A stretch of 64,000 nt of DNA, from positions 124,001 to 188,000 of the IMG/VR virus record IMGVR_UViG_3300032288_004964, one strand, 5' to 3'. How positions within the stretch are numbered: position 1 is the first letter of the stretch; each line of letters begins with the position of its first letter. A model generated the notes under the pieces. The model ran no database searches, was not told where the DNA came from, and saw only the letters and a list, made by a program, of their open reading frames with translations. Shown piece after piece: positions 56,372 through 64,000 of this stretch. The translations under genes and the position numbers were made by a program.

Positions 56372-59300
56372 ATGCCAACACAAAGTTTAGTACTTAGAGG
56401 TTTAATCGGAAGAAGACTAACCATCGAAGAAATGGATGGAAACTTCACATATTTAGAGTCATTAGCTCAAGAACAAGGAGATCAACCAAATCATCAAATT
56501 GCAATAGGAACAGGCACTGGTCTGACTTCATCTGAAAATTTTACATTTGATTATGAGTGTAATAATTTAATATCAGGTAATAATACCATTTGTTCTTGTT
56601 CATCAGAATCTAGTATCATTGGTGGTAATAACAATTGTGTTACTTGTTCTTATGAATCTAGTATCATTGGTGGTCATAACAATTGTGTTGTTTGTTCAGG
56701 TGGATCAACAATCATTGGTGGTTTTAATAACACGGTTACCTACTGTGCTGATTATTCTTCAATTGTTGGTGGTAGAAATAATACTATAAATGGTAGTTGT
56801 TATTATAATACTTATTACTCTTCTATAGTTGGTGGTGAGTATAATACTATTGGTTTAGGATCTTGTGATGCTAGTATAATAGGTGGTTCAGATAATTCTG
56901 TTGATTATTCTTGTAAAGCTGGTATCTTTTCTGGTGTTAGTAGTCATATATGTGATTATTCAGAAAGATCTACTATCTTAGGAGGTTCTCAAGATAGAAT
57001 ATCAAATGAATCTTGTAGATCTACTATTGTTGGTGGTTTTAGAAACTGTATTGTTGATGGTTCTTGTAATTCATCTGTTATGTCTGGATGTTGTAATGAT
57101 ATCTGTTATGGATCAGACAACTCTGTGATATCTGGTGGTTATTGTAATGAGATATGTTGTTACTCTTGTGAGTCTTCTATTATTGGTGGTATTCGTAATA
57201 CAATTAATTGTCAAACTTGTCAATCTACTATTGTTGGTGGGTATTGTAATAGAATTTCAAGCAATGAAGGTTCTGTGGTTTTGGGTGGTCGTTATAATGA
57301 TGTTTGTTGTAGTTCAAACTACACTGTAATATCAGGTTCTAATAATAAAATTTGTTGTGAATCTTGTAATTCATCTATTCTTGGTGGTAATTTTAATATA
57401 GTAGACGGATATTCTTGTAATTCATCTATTATCGGTGGTCAATCTAACTGCATTTGTGGTTCTAATTATGTATCTGGTCCTTATTCTTGTAAGTGTGATT
57501 ATGGTTCTTGTAATTCAGTTATTCTTGGTGGATGTTGTAATCAAATAATTTGTGATTCAGACAACACATCAATTATTGGTGGATGTTGTAATCAAGTTGT
57601 TGGTGATGGTGGTTCTGGAAGAAACTCTATTGTAGGTGGTGCTGATAACACAATTTGTTATTCAGATCACTCGGCAATTATTGGAGGTGAACAAAACAAA
57701 ATTTATGGAGAATCAGATTATTCTGTTATTATTGGTGGATGTTATGGTTTTATTTATGAAACACAATACTCTGCTATAATTGGTGGATGTTGTAATACAA
57801 TATGTATAGGTGGTAATAATGGCAATGGATATGGTGTTATTTTAGGTGGTGGTTCCAATACTTTAAATTGCTATTCTAATAATTCTGGAATTCTAGGTGG
57901 ATATTGTAATACTATAGATTGTTACTCAACTAAATCATCAATTATTGGAGGTGAATCAAATTTAATTATTACAAGTGGTCTTACTGCTAGTGATAATTAT
58001 GGTGTTTATAATGTTTGTCTTGGTGGTAACTCAATTATTGGTGGTCTTACAAATAGTATCATTGATTCTGAAAACTCAGTTATCTTAGGTGGTACTGGTT
58101 TAACATTAGCTACTCAAAGTAACACTGTTTTAGTTCCTCACTTAAAAATTAATAATTTAGATGTTTGTAACTCAGATGATAGAATATTAGTATCTGATGC
58201 TTTTGGTAATATTAATTATAGAGAAGCTTCTACATTAGGTGGAGGTGGTTCATTCTATTCTTGTTGTAATACATTGGATAATACTTCGGTTTCAAATATT
58301 ATAGGCGGTTGTTATAACACAATATGTAATTCTTTTGAGAGTACTATAATCGGTGGTGAAAATAACTATTTATGTGAAGTTGGATTAGGATCTACTATTG
58401 TAGGTGGTATTTGTAATACAATTAATAATGGCGTAGATGCTTCTGGTATTTTTGCTGGTAGATGTAATAAAATTTGTGGAAATAGTGATGGAAATTATTA
58501 TTCAGCTATTATTGGTGGTTATTGTAACTTAATATCAGATGGTAATGAAAGTTCTGTAATCTTAGGTGGTTGTCGTAACTGTATATGTGATTATTCTTAC
58601 AATTCTATGATATCATCTGGGTGTTGTAATTATATATGTGAGTCTGATAGAACATCTATTATAGCGGGGCGTTGTAATACAATTTGTTGTTCTTCAGAGG
58701 ATTCTGTAATTATGGGTGGTTGTTATAATAGAATTGATAGAAACTCTGATAGATCATCTATTGTTGGTGGTGGTTGGAACTCAATTTGTACATATTCTTC
58801 TAGATCAGGTATTCTTGCTGGTTCTGGTAATCATATTTATGATGGATCTTGTCATTCTACAATTGTAGGTGGTCATTGTAACCATATTTATAATTATTCT
58901 TGTCATTCTACAATTGTAGGTGGTGAATGTAACACATTATATAATGACGCTATTAACTCTACAATCAATGGTGGATTTAGAAACTGCTTAGATAGTGTTT
59001 ATAACTCATCAATCTTAGGTGGATATAGAAACTGTGCTCACTATACAATCAACTCAACAATTGTTGGTGGATGTAGAAATATGATATATTATGGTTCTAA
59101 TGAAGGTGCTATATTAGGTGGTGGTTGTAATTCTATTTCTGGTAGTTCTTATCAAGCATCAATTGTTGGTGGTAGATGTAATGAAATAAACAATCATTCT
59201 CATGACTCTTCAATAATTGGGGGTTATAATAACTCAATTTATAGTTGTTCGGAAAAATCTACAATTGTTGGTGGTTTTGATAACTGTATTTGTTGTTCAA

Positions 59301-61402
59301 ATAACTCTGGTATAATTGGTGGTTATAATAATGAGATTTTTGAATCAAGTAGATCTTTAATCTTAGGTGGTTCAAATATGACTCTTAATAATGAAGATGA
59401 TACAGTTTTAGTAAATCGTCTTAAAATTGATACTCTTCAAAATGAACCAGGTGATACTAGAATTGTTACTGCTGATTCTGATGGTAGAATTAGATACAGA
59501 ACAGTTTCTGGTTTAGTTCCAGAATTTGGAGGTATTGTAAATGGCGCTACTAATTCAATGACTGGATTTATGAATAGTATTTATAACTCTAATAATGGTT
59601 CAGTTGTTGGTGGTTCTTATAATGGTGTAACATCTTCAAATTCATCTTCAATAATTGGAGGTGATGCTGGTGTAATTAGTTGTTCACCTGAATCAAGTAT
59701 TATTGGAGGTCAATGTAACACTATATGTTGTTACTCTTGTGACTCATCAATTATAGGTGGTTGTAACAACCACCTAAATTGTAGTTCTAGTTTATCATCT
59801 ATAATTGGTGGTGGTTGTAACACTATAAATTGTTTTTCTATTAGCTCAGCAGTAATTGGTGGTTATCGTAACTTTACATGTAATTACGCAATTGAATCAT
59901 CTGTAATTGGTGGTAGATGTAATAGTGTTTATAACACCTCTTGTAAATCATCTGTAATTGGTGGTTACTATAACTGTATTTATAATGGATCTTGTGAATC
60001 ATCTATTATTGGAGGTCGTGATAACTGTATTTATAACGGAGCTTGTGATTCATCTATCATCGGTGGTGAATGGAACAGAGTTGCTTGGGGTACTTATAAC
60101 TCAACAGTTATTGGCGGTGATTGGAATAGAGTATTCGATTCTTGTGGGGCATCAGTAGTTGGTGGAGCTGGTAATAGAGTAAATGAAACTTATAGATCTG
60201 GTATTTTTGAAGGACATTGTAATCATATTTGTTGTTATTCTGATGATTCTACTATTGTAGGTGGTCACTATAACTGTATTGAGTATTATTCTTGCCAATC
60301 TTCTATAATTGGTGGATGTTGTAATGAAATCTGTTGTACTAATTACGCTTCTATTGTAGGTGGTGCTTGTAACCATATCTGTCAGCGTTCTTATTATTCA
60401 TCTATACTTGGTGGATGTTATAACTGCGTTGTTGATTATTCTTGTTATTCATCTATCTTAGGTGGTGGAAGAAACTGTATTTATAACTCTGATTATACAT
60501 CTATAATTGGTGGTAGATACACTTGTTTAGATAACTCTGATTACTCATCTGTAATTGGTGGATGTTGTAATGGTATGTATAATTCAAGCTACTCATCTGT
60601 AATTGGTGGATGTTGTAATAGACAAACATATTCCGATTTAGCATCTATTGTTGGTGGATATTGTAACTGTATCTGGTCAGGTGATTGCTCAAGTATCATT
60701 GGTGGTTATGGTAATCGATTATGTGGTGGTTATTACGGTGATGACTCAAGAGGATCTTCAATTTTCGGTGGTAATTATAACTGTATGTATAATGGTGTTT
60801 GTAGATCTTCAATTATTGGCGGTTATAGTAATGAAATAAAATGTTACTCTTGTGATTCATCAATAATTGGTGGTTGTAATAATGGAATTTGTTGTGCTTC
60901 TTGTCAATCTTCTATTATTGGTGGTTGTAACAATTATATGTGCTGTTCTTGTAACTCAGTTATATTAGGTGGACAAGATTTAGATGTTTGTAATATAGAC
61001 AATACAGTATTCATGAATGGTACAACTTGGTTAAAACAAACAGTTGAGACATCATTTGAAACTACTGTAAGTGCTGCCACTTTTAGTGTTAACTTTTTAG
61101 AGGGTGGTATTAAATACTTATCATCATTAAGTAATGACTTCCAAGTTGACTTTACAAACTTTCCTGATCCTACTATTGCCAACTCTGTTATAACTTATAC
61201 ATTAATCTTAAATCAAGGTGTTACTCCTTATATGATTACTGGATTAACTATAAATGGTGGTGGTACTCAAACAATTAAGTGGAATGGTGGAAATGTTCCT
61301 ACCGGTAACGCTAATCAAGTTGATACAATAGGTTTAATGTTTGTTTATAATAGTACAGGTTTATTAAGTCAAGTATTGGGTCAAGTTGGAACATTTGCAT
61401 AA
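56372..61402 (+). CDS. Giant cysteine-rich repeat fibre protein (S-x-I-x-GG-x-x-N beta-solenoid)
   Basis: Dozens of 16-17-aa repeats; N-terminal LT..EMDGNF; C-terminal IKWNGG..GNANQVD..QVLGQ domain. Confidence 0.8.
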   Translation: MPTQSLVLRGLIGRRLTIEEMDGNFTYLESLAQEQGDQPNHQIAIGTGTGLTSSENFTFDYECNNLISGNNTICSCSSESSIIGGNNNCVTCSYESSIIGGHNNCVVCSGGSTIIGGFNNTVTYCADYSSIVGGRNNTINGSCYYNTYYSSIVGGEYNTIGLGSCDASIIGGSDNSVDYSCKAGIFSGVSSHICDYSERSTILGGSQDRISNESCRSTIVGGFRNCIVDGSCNSSVMSGCCNDICYGSDNSVISGGYCNEICCYSCESSIIGGIRNTINCQTCQSTIVGGYCNRISSNEGSVVLGGRYNDVCCSSNYTVISGSNNKICCESCNSSILGGNFNIVDGYSCNSSIIGGQSNCICGSNYVSGPYSCKCDYGSCNSVILGGCCNQIICDSDNTSIIGGCCNQVVGDGGSGRNSIVGGADNTICYSDHSAIIGGEQNKIYGESDYSVIIGGCYGFIYETQYSAIIGGCCNTICIGGNNGNGYGVILGGGSNTLNCYSNNSGILGGYCNTIDCYSTKSSIIGGESNLIITSGLTASDNYGVYNVCLGGNSIIGGLTNSIIDSENSVILGGTGLTLATQSNTVLVPHLKINNLDVCNSDDRILVSDAFGNINYREASTLGGGGSFYSCCNTLDNTSVSNIIGGCYNTICNSFESTIIGGENNYLCEVGLGSTIVGGICNTINNGVDASGIFAGRCNKICGNSDGNYYSAIIGGYCNLISDGNESSVILGGCRNCICDYSYNSMISSGCCNYICESDRTSIIAGRCNTICCSSEDSVIMGGCYNRIDRNSDRSSIVGGGWNSICTYSSRSGILAGSGNHIYDGSCHSTIVGGHCNHIYNYSCHSTIVGGECNTLYNDAINSTINGGFRNCLDSVYNSSILGGYRNCAHYTINSTIVGGCRNMIYYGSNEGAILGGGCNSISGSSYQASIVGGRCNEINNHSHDSSIIGGYNNSIYSCSEKSTIVGGFDNCICCSNNSGIIGGYNNEIFESSRSLILGGSNMTLNNEDDTVLVNRLKIDTLQNEPGDTRIVTADSDGRIRYRTVSGLVPEFGGIVNGATNSMTGFMNSIYNSNNGSVVGGSYNGVTSSNSSSIIGGDAGVISCSPESSIIGGQCNTICCYSCDSSIIGGCNNHLNCSSSLSSIIGGGCNTINCFSISSAVIGGYRNFTCNYAIESSVIGGRCNSVYNTSCKSSVIGGYYNCIYNGSCESSIIGGRDNCIYNGACDSSIIGGEWNRVAWGTYNSTVIGGDWNRVFDSCGASVVGGAGNRVNETYRSGIFEGHCNHICCYSDDSTIVGGHYNCIEYYSCQSSIIGGCCNEICCTNYASIVGGACNHICQRSYYSSILGGCYNCVVDYSCYSSILGGGRNCIYNSDYTSIIGGRYTCLDNSDYSSVIGGCCNGMYNSSYSSVIGGCCNRQTYSDLASIVGGYCNCIWSGDCSSIIGGYGNRLCGGYYGDDSRGSSIFGGNYNCMYNGVCRSSIIGGYSNEIKCYSCDSSIIGGCNNGICCASCQSSIIGGCNNYMCCSCNSVILGGQDLDVCNIDNTVFMNGTTWLKQTVETSFETTVSAATFSVNFLEGGIKYLSSLSNDFQVDFTNFPDPTIANSVITYTLILNQGVTPYMITGLTINGGGTQTIKWNGGNVPTGNANQVDTIGLMFVYNSTGLLSQVLGQVGTFA

Positions 61403-61419
61403 AAAAAATTAAGAAATAG

Positions 61420-64000
61420 ATGTTAAGTAAACTATCAACGCATTTAGGACCAGGTTCTCTCTTTTCAGGAGATGAACCACTAGTATTGGAATTTAGTAAT
61501 TCAACTTGGATAAGTACAAATGTTGGTACTTATTCATTAGTTGATGCTTGGAATGAATTTTTTGTAACCATAGAAACACCATTCAAAGATGTAAGTATTG
61601 ATGGTAATAAAATTTCACTAATTGGTGGTAAAGATTTAGAATTAAAAACTAGTTGTTTTAGTAGTAGTGACTTAGTTTCAATTAAAGATAATTCTAGAAT
61701 AATTACAACATTAGGTACTTATTCATTTGATGATTGTTCATTATTAACAGATGCTACCTTAAAAGGAGTTACTTATTCGTATGGTGGATCTTTTAGAGAT
61801 AATGTGAGTTTAACAACTATAATTCTTCCTAATTTACAAGAGATTTTAGGTGATGGTTATTTCTTTTATAATTGTGGATCTGTTAGTAACTTCAATTTAC
61901 CTTTACTTAATAGTATATCAGGTGTTTCTAACTTTTATAATTGTAATAGTATGTCAACTTTAAATTTACCTGTTTGTACTACTTTAGGTGATACAGTACT
62001 TAATAATGATAACTTTGATTCTATTACTGGTAAAACAATAGATTTGACAGTAACTCCTGAATTACTTACTTGTAATGGTGGTACTCCAGATGTTGATATA
62101 CAATATCTACAATCTAATAACACAGTAACTATTCATATACCAACTTCAATTACTTCATTTACTCCAACATCAGCTACTTTCTCAGGTACAACTGTTAGTG
62201 TTGTGGGTAAAGGATTCTACGCCATTGATTCAGTAAAAATAGGTGGAGTTGAAGTTGCGACTTATTCACTTGATAGTTTTACTAATTTAAGTTTAGTTAC
62301 AGGTACTGTTTCAGATGGTTCTGTTTCAATTACTGGTACTTATGGTTCAGCTTCCAAATCTGGATTTGAATGGGATGCTACCGTTAAGTTTAGTTATATT
62401 GCCACTCCTTTAAATGTTTTACCAAATACTTGGACTGATTTATCGTCTTACTATAAAGATTTAGAAATTAAATCAGGCGTATCACTTGATACACTATATT
62501 CAGTTTTATTTGATGGTAGTAATTCAGGATATGGAACTTCAAGTCAAATGACTGTAAAATACACAAATGGATTTACAATAGAAACTTGGGTTAATTTCTC
62601 ATCATTAACATCTGCTAATTATATAATGCAGTTTGTTGATCAAGATTATACAAATACTAATCCAGATTTAACTCTACTTACTATTGATAATGATTTAAGA
62701 ATTCAATCAAGTAATTCTGTTAGTTTTTCTACTAATATAACTGCTAATAAATTCATCAAGGCTGTTGTTACATATGATTCATCAAATGGTGAAACTAAAA
62801 CATATATAAATGGTCAATTAACAAATACTAGTACACTTAATTTATCCACAAGCTATAAGAAAACAATTGGTAAACTTTTTGTTGGTAATATAGGATCTAA
62901 TCAACCTATGAGAATAGGCATGTTAAACTTTGTAAATTATATACAAGATTCAACAACTATTCTTAATAATTATAACAATGAAAGAAACACTTATGATGAA
63001 GCTAAAGGAAGTTTCTTATTTAATTCATCAAGTAGTCAATACTTATCATCTAGCTCACCTGATTATGTAATTGGTACAAATAGCTTTACTTTAGAAGCAT
63101 TTGTTAAAACAACATCTCAAAGCGGTTATGATGGTGTGATTTCAATGTTAGATAACAATGCTCCATTTAATGGTGTTTCTATTAATATTTTTGATGGTAA
63201 TTTTGACTTCTATTCTAAAGGTGGTCAATATACTTCATATACTGCTTCTAATGATACATGGTACCATGTTGCTATAGCAAGAGATAATGGAACTATAAGT
63301 TATTTTGCTAATGGTAGATTGGTAGCTCAATACTCTGATTCTTATAATTATACTCTTCAAGATTTAGTTATAGGTAGATATTATACAGATCTTAATGACC
63401 ACTATATAGATGGTGTTATTGCACAACCTAGATTAACAATAGGCACTGCATTATATAATGGTACATTTAGTGTAACTCCTCCATTAACAAGCGGTTCTAA
63501 TACTAAATTATTATTATTAGATGCTTATAATAACCAATTATTAGATTCTTCTGGACTTACACACTCTGTTATCTCTAATAATAATGTTGGTTGGACAAGT
63601 AGTTTACCTTCAACTATAGGAAGTACTTATGTACAAGATGCTCTTCAGTTTTATGTAGATGCTTCATTAAATACATCTTATCCTGGTTCAGGTACAATTT
63701 GGTATGATATATCAGGAAACTCAAGAGATCTTTCTTGGGGTTATGGATTAACTTATGATTCTGCAAATGGTGGTAATATTCATTTTGATGGTACTAATAG
63801 AGCACTAAGTGGTTCTAACTATACAATTAACTTCTCTAATGGAATTACGGTTGAGGCGGTTGCTAAATATCATTCAGGTTTTTATGGTGGTGTATTTGCA
63901 TTCAATGGTGGTGGTGACTATATTAATGTTCAATTTATGTCTTCTGGTACACAACTTAGATTTGAGCTTGATGCGGGTCAATCCTTATACACAACTGGAG
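61420..64000 (+). CDS. Adhesin/fibre tip protein: BspA-like LRR, IPT/TIG and LamG domains; 3' partial (absent from the ORF track)
   Basis: ATG 61420 (MLSKLSTHLGP), frame open to window end; F.NC..L....LP repeats; ITSFTPTS...G..VSVVGKGF; FTIETWV/FTLEAFV...WYHVA. Confidence 0.8.
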   Translation, partial: MLSKLSTHLGPGSLFSGDEPLVLEFSNSTWISTNVGTYSLVDAWNEFFVTIETPFKDVSIDGNKISLIGGKDLELKTSCFSSSDLVSIKDNSRIITTLGTYSFDDCSLLTDATLKGVTYSYGGSFRDNVSLTTIILPNLQEILGDGYFFYNCGSVSNFNLPLLNSISGVSNFYNCNSMSTLNLPVCTTLGDTVLNNDNFDSITGKTIDLTVTPELLTCNGGTPDVDIQYLQSNNTVTIHIPTSITSFTPTSATFSGTTVSVVGKGFYAIDSVKIGGVEVATYSLDSFTNLSLVTGTVSDGSVSITGTYGSASKSGFEWDATVKFSYIATPLNVLPNTWTDLSSYYKDLEIKSGVSLDTLYSVLFDGSNSGYGTSSQMTVKYTNGFTIETWVNFSSLTSANYIMQFVDQDYTNTNPDLTLLTIDNDLRIQSSNSVSFSTNITANKFIKAVVTYDSSNGETKTYINGQLTNTSTLNLSTSYKKTIGKLFVGNIGSNQPMRIGMLNFVNYIQDSTTILNNYNNERNTYDEAKGSFLFNSSSSQYLSSSSPDYVIGTNSFTLEAFVKTTSQSGYDGVISMLDNNAPFNGVSINIFDGNFDFYSKGGQYTSYTASNDTWYHVAIARDNGTISYFANGRLVAQYSDSYNYTLQDLVIGRYYTDLNDHYIDGVIAQPRLTIGTALYNGTFSVTPPLTSGSNTKLLLLDAYNNQLLDSSGLTHSVISNNNVGWTSSLPSTIGSTYVQDALQFYVDASLNTSYPGSGTIWYDISGNSRDLSWGYGLTYDSANGGNIHFDGTNRALSGSNYTINFSNGITVEAVAKYHSGFYGGVFAFNGGGDYINVQFMSSGTQLRFELDAGQSLYTTG

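Noticed and set aside
4322-62123. Many short ORFs overlapping longer genes (e.g. 4322, 6219, 9517, 13528, 18976, 24671, 42177, 49245, 57135, 61935)
   Set aside because: Antisense or off-frame shadows of well-supported genes, with no motifs or promoters.
1-64000. Stop-codon reassignment, as in some huge phages
   Set aside because: Long conserved genes are intact in code 11, and TAA, TAG and TGA all end genes at sensible positions.
1-64000. CRISPR array or diversity-generating retroelement
   Set aside because: No repeat-spacer array, no reverse transcriptase and no TR/VR pair seen; the repeats present are coding (collagen-like, GxW, SxIxGG).
1-64000. Eukaryotic giant virus (NCLDV) or bacterial chromosome origin
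   Set aside because: UvsX, GreA, PhoH, S74 tail fibre, intrinsic terminators and Bacteroidota-type promoters indicate a tailed bacteriophage; no ribosomal or housekeeping operons.

Overview
Very AT-rich, gene-dense segment of a large T4-like (jumbo/huge) tailed phage genome in genetic code 11. The host is most likely Bacteroidota: there are no Shine-Dalgarno motifs, and TAnnTTTG -7 promoter boxes recur. The left end is the 3' part of a tail fibre with an S74 chaperone. Positions 1.6-38 kb are an accessory/metabolic region (UvsX, RuvC-like resolvase, GreA, PhoH, CysK, ferritin, Dps-like, GH16, Nudix, HAD, ligase, three free-standing endonucleases, an atypical tRNA-Cys). Positions 38-64 kb hold structural/fibre genes interrupted by a glycosyltransferase-sulfotransferase-CysC cassette. 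Main observations: (1) small proteins built from a fragment of a phage hallmark protein (major capsid, PolB, portal) plus a shared R-x-x-K/R-I-x-x-I tag, which are candidate decoys; (2) about 16 unrelated proteins with a T4 capsid-targeting-sequence-like N-terminus, mostly behind an AATATATA late-promoter-like box; (3) a PAPS/sulfation cassette between two paralogous fibre-adhesin pairs, sharing a promoter motif with cysK. All family assignments come from motif recognition by eye, not from database searches.
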